The notes under the pieces are model-generated. The model saw only the letters and a list, made by a program, of their open reading frames with translations. It did not search any database and was not told the origin of the DNA. The position numbers and the translations under genes were made by a program. DNA of 63,892 nucleotides, filler included, from Octopus bimaculoides (lineage: Eukaryota), in assembly GCF_001194135.2 (NCBI RefSeq). It is 4 parts of 4 records of this genome, joined end to end, with 100 filler letters (N's around TTAATTAATTAA, not from the genome) between each part and the next. Parts side by side here need not be neighbours in the genome. Positions count along the whole stretch, not along the records: positions 1 to 21,256 come from NC_068988.1; 3 more parts are not named here. One strand, written 5' to 3'. This document shows, in pieces, positions 1 to 12,014 of the stretch; positions within the stretch are counted from its first letter, which is position 1; every line of letters starts with the position of its first letter.

Positions 1-51
1 AAAGAGATTGTATGAATGTATAACAGTTGGGATTGTCTTAAATGCATTATA

Positions 52-52
52 A

Positions 53-150
<98 letters not shown>
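52..150 (+). repeat. (GTA)n microsatellite
   Basis: Direct reading. Confidence 0.98.
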
Positions 151-151
<1 letters not shown>

Positions 152-159
152 AATATATA

Positions 160-395
160 CCTACTATATACTGTGAAAAGGGTGGACGTTTTCTCAGAAG
201 CAGTTCTGCAGGCAAAAGTGTTAGTAAATGTGGTCGGATTGACCTGAAAATTTGCACAGCAATGTTAAAAGTGGTGGGAAGTTTGCATGACAACTTTGAG
301 TTTGCTCAATTGAAAGGCGTGGCCTTTAGGAGAAAATACGTCATCTTTAAAATATGGCCCGTGTGGACCCGAATGAAATCGGGTTATAATACTAG
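160..395 (+). mobile_element. Non-autonomous Helitron-like element
   Basis: 3' hairpin ACCCGA-atgaaa-TCGGGT (367-384), then 7 nt and CTAG|T. 5' end cctactatata resembles Helitron TC-TAYTATA starts. Confidence 0.55.
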
Positions 396-653
396 TATAT
401 ATATATATACNNNNNNNNNNNNNNNNNNNNNNNNNNNNNNNNNNNNNNNNNNNNNNNNNNNNNNNNNNNNNNNNNNNNNNNNNNNNNNNNNNNNNNNNNN
501 NNNNNNNNNNNNNNNNNNNNNNNNNNNNNNNNNNNNNNNNNNNNNNNNNNNNNNNNNNNNNNNNNNNNNNNNNNNNNNNNNNNNNNNNNNNNNNNNNNNN
601 NNNNNNNNNNNNNNNNNNNNNNNNNNNNNNNNNNNNNNNNNNNNNNNNNNNNN

Positions 654-708
<55 letters not shown>

Positions 709-920
709 TGCAAGAGTGGCTGTGTGATAAGAAACTTCCTTCGCAAAAATATGGTATCTTCAGCAACAGCTCGGGCCATGTGTGTGTGTATCTATGTGTA
801 TGTGTCTTTATGTCTGTGATTGTCACCCACCACCGCTTGACAACCAATGTTCGGCATATTACCATGCTATATACATATACTAACAGGTGAGTTGACCGGC
901 CCATGACTGTGCCTAGGATT

Positions 921-967
921 ACTAGACTAGGCCTAGTTTCACCCGTACCGTAGGCATCGTCAGTGGT
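921..967 (-). ncRNA. Minimal type I hammerhead ribozyme motif (PLE type)
   Basis: Minus strand reads ACCA CTGACGA T GCCT ACGGTAC GGGT GAAA CTAGGCCTAG TC|TAGT: canonical core, palindromic stem III, GUC triplet, stem I 3 of 4 pairs. Confidence 0.65.
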
Positions 968-1059
968 GACTGCTCAAACGGCCGATGGTCGCTACTGCGA
1001 CACTTGGTGGTTGAAATATCGTGCCGAAATGATATGATACGACATTCAAAGGCATTCTG

Positions 1060-1290
1060 GCTTGATGTTTTAGATAGAGACGGCTTAGGTCACTTTTTAT
1101 GTGGAACTTAATTGTACTGGTTAACATTTGCCGGATTTTCGCATCAATGACTCAGATCACATCAAACATACAATTAAGCAGTCCAAATATTGATGTGAGT
1201 ACTCGCACTACAACCACATTGTAGGCCACTGTTTTATTGAATGTAGAGAGTTCTGAATACTATGAGGTTTTATTTCTTTGTCTTCGGGAT
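1060..1290 (-). mobile_element. Decayed Dong/R4-like non-LTR fragment (C-terminal to RT)
   Basis: Minus-frame translation VVVRVLTSIFGLLNCMFDVI*VIDAKIRQMLTSTIKFHIKSDLSRLYLK resembles the R4-clade PVLT..FG.L.W....I..ID.K.R..LT....FH..SD..RLY region. Confidence 0.5.
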
Positions 1291-1624
1291 TATCCGGCCG
1301 ACGGATTTCATTATAGAGTGTCCTAGCTACAACGTCATGTCTCATCAATAGATAATACCGTTTATGATGTGGGTGATATCTTCACTAATAACTCTACAAA
1401 TTTTGCATCGTTTAAAGCTTTTCCTGCATTTTTATGCCTTTTATGCATCAGGTACTTGTTTGATATTTCCTGTTCCTGTATGTATGTATGCATGTATATA
1501 TGTATGTATGTATGTATGTAGTGGTTCAAAAAAGGAAAAAGACAAAAAATCAAAAACAAAAAAAAACAACGTGAGGATGTGATACAGATTGTATTACTAG
1601 ACGCTCGGGAAAGGAAAGAAAGAG

Positions 1625-1660
1625 AAATTGACGTTTCGAGTGGAGCTCTTCGTCGGAGAA
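1625..1660 (-). ncRNA. Minimal hammerhead motif, stem I degenerate
   Basis: Minus strand reads CCGACGA A GAG CTCCA CTC GAAA CG TC|AATT. Core has U4C, 3-bp stem II, self-complementary ACGT stem III. Stem I mismatched. Confidence 0.5.
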
Positions 1661-2006
1661 AAAGAAAGTTCAAAGAAGGGAAAAACGGAGGAGGAAAAAA
1701 TCGCCACCGATATCCACGAGGTTACATTGTATGTATGTATGTATGTATGTATGTATGTATGTATGTATGTATGTATGTATGTATGCATGCATGCATGTAT
1801 GTATGTATGTATGTATGTATGTACGTATGTATGTATGTATGTTTTATGTATAGTTATATTGCTGCAGACAGGAAAAGTATAAGCCAAAAATGTGAGTGTA
1901 TGTACGTATATTTTCATTAACATTTAACAGAAGCAACAAAGTAACTCAACTCGGAGTGTTGATTCTAGCACGTACGTATGTAAGTGCTTGTGTGTGTGTT
2001 TGTGTG

Positions 2007-2041
<35 letters not shown>

Positions 2042-2769
2042 TGATGTGTGTGCTGGTGTGTGTGTTGGTGTGTGTGTATATATATGTATATATATATATA
2101 TATATGTATTTAAATACACACACACATACACACACACATACACACATACATATATATATATTTGGTCCCAAATTAACATTATAAAAAGACGAGTAAAACA
2201 TTGTCAGTCAATAAAATGTTGAACTCTTATCACACAACAATTAACGTTCAAGCCAATGCAATTTGTATGTAATCGCATTCCTTAGAAAATAAATATTATT
2301 GTGATATAGCTTTATGTAACCTAAAAACTTCTCATAAAATATTCATACGTCATACTACCTCAAAACCGACCACCACTCAGAAAGCATGAACTAAAGGAGA
2401 AAAGAAGGAGAGTGTGAGAAAGAGTGTGAGAGAGAAAGAGAAAGTGAGAGAGGAGAAAGGGAGAGAGAGAGAAAGAGAGAGAGTAGCATGCTAATGTGTA
2501 GCTGCTTTACAAAATACGTGTGGCATAAATGAATACATGCAAATCTCACCTTTCAAAAGAGAGCTTTACTTGATCATCTCTTTGCTGAAAACAACTGGTA
2601 CATCTCACTCACACTACACCCTGTCGTTTAAGGAATATATTTTAGGTAATGCAGTTCCTGAGCAATATATATATACACCAGGGTAAGCACATAAATGTGA
2701 ACCATAGTAGAGAAAATAGTACTCGAAAACCGAAGGTTGAGTAATATGCTTTATTAATAAAGGTGCAAA

Positions 2770-2894
2770 GACATCACAAAAACTGTTACTCAAAGTTTCA
2801 CGTTACTGTTCTTTGGTCGAGAATCAAAACTGTCTGAATGAAAACTGTTCGACGAACGGGAATGTGAAAATCTGTGTAGCACATTTGTGATGTC
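2770..2894. ncRNA. Inverted pair of degenerate hammerhead motifs
   Basis: + copy: AAAACTGT TCGACGA ACGGGAATGT GAAA ATCTGTG TA GCAC (2841-2882). - copy: CCAAAGA ACAGTAACGT GAAA CTTTGAG TA ACAGTTTT. Outer ends gacatcacaaa/tttgtgatgtc are complementary. Confidence 0.45.
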
Positions 2895-3566
2895 GTTGCA
2901 ATTTTAGTACTAAAGTATATATATATANNNNNNNNNNNNNNNNNNNNNNNNNNNNNNNNNNNNNNNNNNNNNNNNNNNNNNNNNNNNNNNNNNNNNNNNN
3001 NNNNNNNNNNNNNNNNNNNNNNNNNNNNNNNNNNNNNNNNNNNNNNNNNNNNNNNNNNNNNNNNNNNNNNNNNNNNNNNNNNNNNNNNNNNNNNNNNNNN
3101 NNNNNNNNNNNNNNNNNNNNNNNNNNNNNNNNNNNNNNNNNNNNNNNNNNNNNNNNNNNNNNNNNNNNNNNNNNNNNNNNNNNNNNNNNNNNNNNNNNNN
3201 NNNNNNNNNNNNNNNNNNNNNNNNNNNNNNNNNNNNNNNNNNNNNNNNNNNNNNNNNNNNNNNNNNNNNNNNNNNNNNNNNNNNNNNNNNNNNNNNNNNN
3301 NNNNNNNNNNNNNNNNNNNNNNNNNNNNNNNNNNNNNNNNNNNNNNNNNNNNNNNNNNNNNNNNNNNNNNNNNNNNNNNNNNNNNNNNNNNNNNNNNNNN
3401 NNNNNNNNNNNNNNNNNNNNNNNNNNNNNNNNNNNNNNNNNNNNNNNNNNNNNNNNNNNNNNNNNNNNNNNNNNNNNNNNNNNNNNNNNNNNNNNNNNNN
3501 NNNNNNNNNNNNNNNNNNNNNNNNNNNNNNNNNNNNNNNNNNNNNNNNNNNNNNNNNNNNNNNNNN

Positions 3567-3598
<32 letters not shown>

Positions 3599-3800
3599 TG
3601 TGTTTGTCCCCCAAACATCGCTTGACAACCGATGCTGGTATGTTTACGTCCTGGTAACTTACCAGTTCGGCATAAGAGACCGATAGAATAAGTACAAGGT
3701 TTCCAAAGAATAAATCCTGGGGTCGATTTGCTCGACTAAAGGCGGTGCTCCAGCATGGTCAAAGTCAAATGACTAAAACAATTAAAAGAGTAAAAGAGTA
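3567..3800 (+). mobile_element. SINE family A, 3' half after the internal (TG)n
   Basis: gtctgtgtttgtcccc...cttgacaaccgatgctgg...ctcgactaaaggcggtgctccagcatgg...aaaagagtaaaagagta, repeated many times in the window. Confidence 0.8.
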
Positions 3801-3840
3801 TATGTATATAAATGCATGCATACAGGCATACATACGTACA

Positions 3841-3871
<31 letters not shown>

Positions 3872-3886
3872 GTGTGTGGTGCCTGT

Positions 3887-3985
3887 GTGGTGTGGTGCCT
3901 GTGTGGTGTGGTGCCTGTGTGGTGAGGTGCCTGTGTGGTGTGGTGTCTGTGTGGTGTGGTGCGTGTGTGGTGTGGTGCCTGTGTC
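3887..3985 (+). repeat. 16-bp minisatellite (gcctgtgtggtgtggt)n
   Basis: About 6 imperfect units. Confidence 0.85.
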
Positions 3986-4055
3986 TGTGTGTGCATGTGT
4001 GTGCGTGAATTCGTTGCAATCTCTTCCTTAGCCTACATGAACGGCTATAAACGTG

Positions 4056-4248
4056 TTCTATTCTTTTACTTGTTTCAGTCATTTGAAGGCGGCCATGTTG
4101 GAGTACCACTGTTAGTCTAATAACTCAAACTCCAGGACTTACTTTTTGTAAGCCTAGTATTTATTCTATCGGTTTCTTAGCGAAACTTACGTAAATTCAC
4201 AAACATCGGTTATCAAGGGAAGGCGAGGGGGACGAACACAGACACACA

Positions 4249-4250
<2 letters not shown>
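4056..4250 (-). mobile_element. SINE family A, 3' half
   Basis: Reverse complement of the 3567-3800 sequence. Confidence 0.75.
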
Positions 4251-4296
<46 letters not shown>

Positions 4297-5050
4297 NNNN
4301 NNNNNNNNNNNNNNNNNNNNNNNNNNNNNNNNNNNNNNNNNNNNNNNNNNNNNNNNNNNNNNNNNNNNNNNNNNNNNNNNNNNNNNNNNNNNNNNNNNNN
4401 NNNNNNNNNNNNNNNNNNNNNNNNNNNNNNNNNNNNNNNNNNNNNNNNNNNNNNNNNNNNNNNNNNNNNNNNNNNNNNNNNNNNNNNNNNNNNNNNNNNN
4501 NNNNNNNNNNNNNNNNNNNNNNNNNNNNNNNNNNNNNNNNNNNNNNNNNNNNNNNNNNNNNNNNNNNNNNNNNNNNNNNNNNNNNNNNNNNNNNNNNNNN
4601 NNNNNNNNNNNNNNNNNNNNNNNNNNNNNNNNNNNNNNNNNNNNNNNNNNNNNNNNNNNNNNNNNNNNNNNNNNNNNNNNNNNNNNNNNNNNNNNNNNNN
4701 NNNNNNNNNNNNNNNNNNNNNNNNNNNNNNNNNNNNNNNNNNNNNNNNNNNNNNNNNNNNNNNNNNNNNNNNNNNNNNNNNNNNNNNNNNNNNNNNNNNN
4801 NNNNNNNNNNNNNNNNNNNNNNNNNNNNNNNNNNNNNNNNNNNNNNNNNNNNNNNNNNNNNNNNNNNNNNNNNNNNNNNNNNNNNNNNNNNNNNNNNNNN
4901 NNNNNNNNNNNNNNNNNNNNNNNNNNNNNNNNNNNNNNNNNNNNNNNNNNNNNNNNNNNNNNNNNNNNNNNNNNNNNNNNNNNNNNNNNNNNNNNNNNNN
5001 NNNNNNNNNNNNNNNNNNNNNNNNNNNNNNNNNNNNNNNNNNNNNNNNNN

Positions 5051-5295
5051 NGTGTGTGTGTGTGTGCATGCGCGCTCGCGGCTGTGTGCTTGTCCCCCGT
5101 CATGGCTTGACAACCGATGTTGGTGTATTTATGTCCGCGTAACTTATCGGTTCGGCATAAGAGACAATAGAACAAGTACTAGGCGTACAAAGACTATGTT
5201 CTAACGTCGACTTCCTCGACTAAAACTCTTTAAGGTAGTGCTCCATCATGGCTGCAATGAAATGACTGAAGCAAGGAAAAGAATAAAAGAGTATA
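5051..5295 (+). mobile_element. SINE family A, 3' half
   Basis: Aligns by eye with 3567-3800. Confidence 0.75.
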
Positions 5296-6769
5296 AGAAT
5301 ATTGTCTGTGAAGAAACGAAATGCAAAATCATAGAAAGTTGTAATGGTGTAGTATGTGCAAGAAATGTAGACGCACACATTCGAGTAAGAAAAGTAGTGT
5401 GAGCATGAAGGCCGTGTTTGCGGTTTTCTAGCCACTCGAGCAAGTGAGTGTACTGAGCCTTATGGTATCTTTTATTTATAAAAAGCCACTATGTACTTTC
5501 GGGCCCCTAGATCCTGAGTGCCTCTGGGAATTTTCGCAGTGTGCTCCTGCCTTAAGGCGCCCCTGGCCGGTATAAATAAAATTGGAAAGTAAGCTTAGGC
5601 GATGTCATTCTACGTTTTACTTCCTACCTCAATTTACAATGATTAAAAGTGAAATTCATTTTTGTCTGTGGAACCCCTGTTTTTCAGTCTACATTTGCTC
5701 TATGTAGACATATTATACCATTTTGAAATCACAATGATCTGTGATTGAAAATCTGCTTTTCATTTGGTTCTTGAACATCCAGCATTGAAATCTGATTTAA
5801 AAGGATTTGGGTTGATATTTCTAGCAGCTAAATTCTGGATGATTCACGCCATCCTGGTTGGCGTTTGTCAGATATACTTCAGAATTCAAGTAGGAGATGA
5901 ATGACATTCGCTTGATAAATGATATTCGTTAATTTTACGTTGAGGTTAGAACATTGGAACAAATTGGCCAACAGTTGGGATTCAACTTGGGACTGGAACG
6001 ATGGAATGATTGCATTACAGAATTAACTCTTGTCTGTCCTTAACCTCTGATCAAACACCATCGGGTCATATAGTCATTATAAACGTATTGTAGTCATGCT
6101 ATGTAGCTTATTTAAGTTTCGAGTCTCCGGCTCATTTAGCCCTCTGCAAAAGCTGGCATAAATGTCCGCACGGATTGCAGCTTTCAAGCTAGTCTATATT
6201 ATTTTACTTACTTTCTGTGATTCACCCGGTACGTTAAGGATAGGCAAAGCATGCGAGAAACACAAGAACATAGTAAGAAAGGATAAATATAAGGTTGGTA
6301 GTGAATTGAAAATTGAGTAACTTTTAGTTACAGGGATTTTTACAAATTATTTCCTCAATGAACTCGCAAATCAAGTGCATGATATAGTAGACACACACAC
6401 GCACACACACAAACACACAAACACCCCCGCATAAAGCATGCACATACACAAATAAACACACATGCACACACAAGTACACACTCATAAACACACAGGTGCT
6501 GCACAAGCACATACACACATCATACACACGCGGTCACACGCACACACAGATACATACATAAACGCACACAGACACACGTGCACACATAAATGCACACACA
6601 GATACCAGTATAAATGCATACATACACACATGCACACATAAACGCACACCCACAATCGCACCTGTGTATAAACGAATCTGCCTGTGTGTGCACGCGTATG
6701 TGTGCGCCCGTGCACTTGTGCGTATGTGTGCGCCCGTGCACTTGTGCGTATGTGTGTTTGTATGTGTTT

Positions 6770-7530
6770 TTGTGTTTGTATATGTGTGTGGGTATGTGCG
6801 TTTGTGTGTGTGTCTGTTTGTGTGTGTAATGATTTCCATTAGGTAAAGCGATACTAAATACCAGCTTCTAAATACGCTTTAGTAAAAGTAGCATAAGTTA
6901 CGTAGTCAACTTTACAGCCGTTTCAGCTAAATGAAGCTGAGTGCAAGTACAGCATCTTTTTAGCTTCTGTGAGAACCATCAAACCGAACAGTTTAATCAA
7001 TGGAATTAATTACGCAAAAAAAATTCTCCGCTCCTTTCACCCATCAAAATGTAGACTCAATCAATGGTTACAACGATCCTACTTAGATTCGACTTAACGT
7101 CAACGACGGCGTTGATATAAGCATATATACGATTTTCACGACCCTGTTTCAGACCTCACTAGCTTTTCTCCTTCGACATTCCCCAATGGACATCTGGGCT
7201 ATTTCTGTCCTTTCTATAATAACATTATTTCGATATTGTTTTTTTTTTCTTTCTTTAATTTTTTTAATCTTATTTATTCAATATCATTTGAATTTTACGT
7301 TTAACTGCATATTGTTAGCGGCTTAATTTTCTTTCATGTATGGTATATAAACTCCTGAATTTCACCAGTATTATCGTTTATACAATTACTAGGTTATTTT
7401 CCCATAATTCATTTATATAATATTCTCACTAATTACCTTTTACTCTTCAGCCATTACAGTTGTTGGCTCACCCCATCCACACACATGCCTCTAGTGTTTT
7501 CAATATTCTTTTTTTTTTCACTCTTTTTAT
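6770..7530 (+). repeat. Local repeat A, homologous to 15830-16720
   Basis: Shared taggtaaagcgatactaaataccagcttc...ttcagacctcactagcttttctccttcgacattccccaatggacatctggg. The second copy has ~155 extra bp at 16070-16225. Confidence 0.85.
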
Positions 7531-8039
7531 TTATTACACATTTTTCTCACTAGCTGTACTGCTTTACATAATTTTTCCTACTTAGCCATTCACCTTTCCA
7601 ACATATTGTAACCTACAATGCGGTCATACCTAGAGACTCCAAACATCAGGACCCTAAGCTTAACTCAAAGTACAGATATCATACCATACAAGCACTTACA
7701 CACTCCTCCCCACAACCTAACTTATTCCTGTAGAGCCGCATTCCTATCTGAATCCTAAACGTTTTTTCTTTTCCACTATATTTTGTCTTCTATTTTTTTC
7801 ACATTCATTCTGTTCTCTTTTTTGTTTGCCGCAGAACAAGTGTCCAGAAACAAAGACTCCTCCCCTTTTTTAAACTTTAAGCTAATCATACCACTGTTAA
7901 AACTCGTTCCACTCGTTTTATGTTCGTAAACATATGCGCGCGCGCGTGTACATGTATGTATGCATGCATGTATGAGTTTATGTATACGTGTGGTGTGAGT
8001 GTGTAGATTTGTTTTGTATGGTCTTACCTATATATGTGT

Positions 8040-8170
8040 GCATATGTATCGGCAGTATAGAGAACACATAGTATGAGTACTAGACTTACAAAGTATAAGT
8101 CCTGGGTCGGTTTGTTCGACTAAAACGGTGCTCCAGCATGGCCACAATCAAATGATTAAAACGAATAACA
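8040..8170 (+). mobile_element. SINE family A, partial 3' half
   Basis: ataagtcctgggtcggtttgttcgactaaaacggtgctccagcatggcc. Confidence 0.7.
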
Positions 8171-8321
8171 GTATATATAAAAAACTTTTGAACTTTTCCA
8201 CTTTTGTAAACCTCCTTTATCNNNNNNNNNNNNNNNNNNNNNNNNNNNNNNNNNNNNNNNNNNNNNNNNNNNNNNNNNNNNNNNNNNNNNNNNNNNNNNN
8301 NNNNNNNNNNNNNNNNNNNNN

Positions 8322-9865
8322 GTAGGCCCTGATAGATTTCCAGTTAGTCTCCTGAAGGAATGTAGATTCCAACTTACAGTACCTCTAACCAACCTCTGGA
8401 GAAATTCTTTAGACTCAGAAAATATACCGAAACAGCTCTTATTCCTATCTGACATCCCGGTTTTCAAACAAGGAAAGAGATCCCTCGCTGTAAACTATCG
8501 CCCAGTCTCACTCGCCTCCCGTATCATTAATGTGTTTGAGAGGGTAGTGAGATCAATGAAAGCTGTCTTCCTGGAGAGTCACAATCTCCTATATTCAAAC
8601 CACCATGGCTTTTGGTGCGGCAGGGGCTGTCTAATACAGCCCTTAGACTACACGGATGATATCTTTAAAGCCTTGGGATCAGATTCGAACTCTGATGTCA
8701 TTTTTCTTGACTTCAGCAAAGTGTTGAGCAGTGTCAACTATAATATCCAACTGTCAAATTTTGGTATCCGTGGAAAACTTCTACACTGGATTGAGTATTT
8801 CCTGGAGACCAGAACACAACATGTTGTGATCGGTGGAATCCACTGAAGCCCAGCAAAAGTCATCACTCCTATTCATAATCTATATGCACGACCTTTCCAG
8901 CGTCATAAAACATAGCAAAGTGAAAATATTCGGTGATGATTTTAAGCTCCAGAAAATTATAAATGAATGAAAAAGGAGACTGAACTGAACTCCAGTCTGA
9001 TCTACATGCTTTTAGTCAATGGGCAGACACAAACGAAATGCAACTAAACGAGAGAAAATTTGAGCTGATGCATTTTGGAAGAAAGACTATATTAGAAAAG
9101 CCACACTCTCTTCTTTCAGGAGAACGATTCACATCTAAGAATATCAGACACCTAGGAGTAATTGTTGAAAACAATCTCAGCTGGAGTGTCCACATCAACA
9201 ATAAGATTGATATAGCTCGTAGGATGAGCTCATGGATCCTAAGAACCTCTTTTCTCCTCCTTTTTACGTCGACACCTCGAATAATGCCGTTCCCTGTGGT
9301 CTCCCCATAAAAAGACACAACATCTCGAAAACTGAATCATCCCAGAGGCCACTAAAAGAATTAAGGGCATGACTAATCTCGATTACTGGGTCCTCCTTAA
9401 AGCATTAAATCTTTGTTCTCTCCAGTGCCGGAGTAAGCGATAAATCATTTGCATGATGTGGAGAATATAGCCCCAGCTTTACCCACACACCTCAACATTA
9501 GCTTCAAAATTCATCGAAGTCTAGCTAGGACCACAGGTCACACGTCCCCTGCCCAGTTCAGGATCACAACACACAAATACACTGCAACACAATCCCTGTT
9601 CCTCAACTGGGCCTGTCCTGTTTAACGTTGTGCCGAAGTAGACCAAAGAGGAAAAGAATCCCATTACCCTTAAACGGAATCTGGACAAATTTCTTCAAGG
9701 AGTATCAGATAAGCCACCTATACCTGGATACAACTCACTCGACAAGAACTCCCTACTCGAATTGATCATGACACCACAAAACTTGATTTAAAAACCCTAC
9801 CAGCTGGTGCTATTAAGTTAGAGATGGCCTGGACCAAACATTGGTCGAAAGATATCTAAGTTATA
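8322..9865 (+). mobile_element. CR1/L2-like LINE, 5'-truncated, RT and 3' UTR, decayed
   Basis: GPDRFPVSLLKEC...NYRPVSLAS; NHHGFWCGRGCL..L; DVIFLDFSK; LLHWIEYFL..RTQHVV; F.DDFKL; HLGVIVENNLSWSVHIN; many stops and frameshifts. Confidence 0.9.
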
Positions 9866-10084
9866 TNNNNNNNNNNNNNNNNNNNNNNNNNNNNNNNNNN
9901 NNNNNNNNNNNNNNNNNNNNNNNNNNNNNNNNNNNNNNNNNNNNNNNNNNNNNNNNNNNNNNNNNNNNNNNNNNNNNNNNNNNNNNNNNNNNNNNNNNNN
10001 NNNNNNNNNNNNNNNNNNNNNNNNNNNNNNNNNNNNNNNNNNNNNNNNNNNNNNNNNNNNNNNNNNNNNNNNNNNNNNNNNNAG

Positions 10085-10430
10085 AGAGAGAGAGAGAGAG
10101 AGAGAAAGAAAGAAAGAAAGAAAGAAAGAAAATATAAATATCTACTGTAATAAGTTAAGCTGGGAACTGTAGCTTTCAATAGTTCACAGTGACTGTTTTC
10201 AATCGTGAATTGAGAAGAATATGTTGGAGAAGTGCAGGTTATTTCTGATATCCGTGGGTGGCTTCCTTGAGGATAATTTGTTTTTATACTCTTGCGTGTG
10301 GGTAGTTAGCTTATTTGTTTGGGTATTCATGTATGTGGTGTATATATTTCTATACATATAGAAATATATACACCCAGCACATACACCCACGCACACGCAC
10401 ACACACACACACACACACATGTCACGTCGA
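10085..10430 (+). repeat. Local repeat B, roughly 95% identical by eye to 15415-15705
   Basis: aaatatctactgtaataagtta(a/t)gctgggaactgtagctttc...ctatacatatagaaatatatac occurs in both places. Confidence 0.88.
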
Positions 10431-10559
10431 CTCATTGTTAAGCATTAACTTTATGATCATCATGCCACTAGCTCGATTCGTCTAGGTCACTTGGTGCAGT
10501 GTGACGTATCCTTGAATATGCTGTTTCATTTCGCATTGTTACATTCTATTCAACTGCTA

Positions 10560-10790
10560 ACTGATCTCGATTACTGGGATTGCCTTAATGCATTGAAACC
10601 TTGTTCTCTCCAGTGCCGAGGTAAGCGATAAATCATTTGCATGGTGTGGAGAAGATACCACCAGCTTTACCCATACGACCTCAACATTAGCTTCAAAATT
10701 CATCGAAGGCTAGAACCACCTACACCTCACTCAACAAGAACTCCCTACTCGAATTGATCATGATACAACAAAACTTGATTTAAAATTCAG
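10560..10790 (+). mobile_element. Internally deleted 3' fragment of the same CR1/L2 family
   Basis: Matches 9375-9520, then jumps to 9720-9790. Confidence 0.8.
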
Positions 10791-10846
10791 AATGCGATTA
10801 AAAAAAAACAAGTCTGTGAAGATTTTAGAACATTTATAAATAGAAG

Positions 10847-10894
10847 ATCTTACAGCTGTTTCCAGGATATTTATTATATCCCTTCATCGGAGAC
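10847..10894 (-). ncRNA. Hammerhead variant in a PLE terminal repeat
   Basis: Minus strand reads GTCT CCGATGA A GGGATAT AATAA ATATCCT G GAAA C AGCT G TA|AGAT. Lies at the 3' end of a minus-strand PLE. Confidence 0.6.
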
Positions 10895-11745
10895 GGTGTG
10901 TGAAAATGGTTAAGCAATAGTTAATTGAGATAAGATACGAAATAGAGACTGAAGTGGAGGAATACAAATCGATAAGATATGCAGGGATATTGCATTTGTA
11001 GATCCATTTATTTAGGCGGAATGGTATACATATAAGATTCCAATACCTTGTTAGTAAAATCCAGTAGTATCTAAAATTGGTCATTCCAAGTATAGAGTTT
11101 GTACACAGTGCTAATGAATCAAGGGTTTTATTTAAGTGACCTAAAAGTAGGGAATGTATTTGTAAGGTCAAGTCGAAAACAGGAAGAGAGGAATAAAGAA
11201 AAGAGAAAAAAGAAGACAAAAGAAAAAGGGAAGAAACAAGACGAGATGAATAAAAAAAAGAAAGAAAAAGGAAAAAAAGAAAAAGGAAAAAAAGAAAAAC
11301 AAGGAGATAGCTAAAGAGGGAAAGTGTACCAGTTAGTGATCAGTGAAGATAATTTGAAAGTAGGAATGAGGAGTTGAGGGTGATAGTGTAAAAAGATAGA
11401 ATGGAGGTGATAGAGAGAGGAGAGGTATAAAAAGTAAAGGAGTGTCAGTTAAGTAGTGATAGAGTCTAAGTGATGGGGCAGAGAGAGGGGTAGTAGTATG
11501 GAATGAAGAATTTAGGAATATAGATTAGGTGGTCAGACAGGTCAGTGCTGAGTAGTAGAGGAAAAATATATATAAGATGTATACATATGTATATATTAGA
11601 CATGTATATATATATATATTTATACAGATAATTATACATATCGATATCTACATATATAACTCGTACTCATGTGTATATGTACACATGCACACCCATATAT
11701 AGGTGTATCTGTATGTATTATCGCCCCTGTATATGCAGGTATATA

Positions 11746-12014
11746 TACCTTGCATACATACATAAGTTCACACATACACACATATATACATACATACATG
11801 CATACACACACATATACACGCACATACACATGCACGTATATATACACGAATATAATTAGATGGTTGTGATATACATACCTTGCATACATACATACGTTCA
11901 CACATATATACATACATACATACATACATACATACAGGCTTACACACACGTACATATACACGCACTTACACATGCACGCATATACACACGAATATAATTA
12001 AATGGTTGTGATAT
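11746..12014 (+). repeat. Tandem duplication of ~130 bp (CA/TA-rich)
   Basis: ccttgcatacatacata...cacgaatataatta(g/a)atggttgtgatat occurs twice. Confidence 0.75.

Noticed and set aside
5490-6100. hAT transposon remnant (GC-rich end ggggccc...ccttaaggcgcccctg)
   Set aside because: The terminal-like motif has no partner inverted repeat and no convincing transposase translation.
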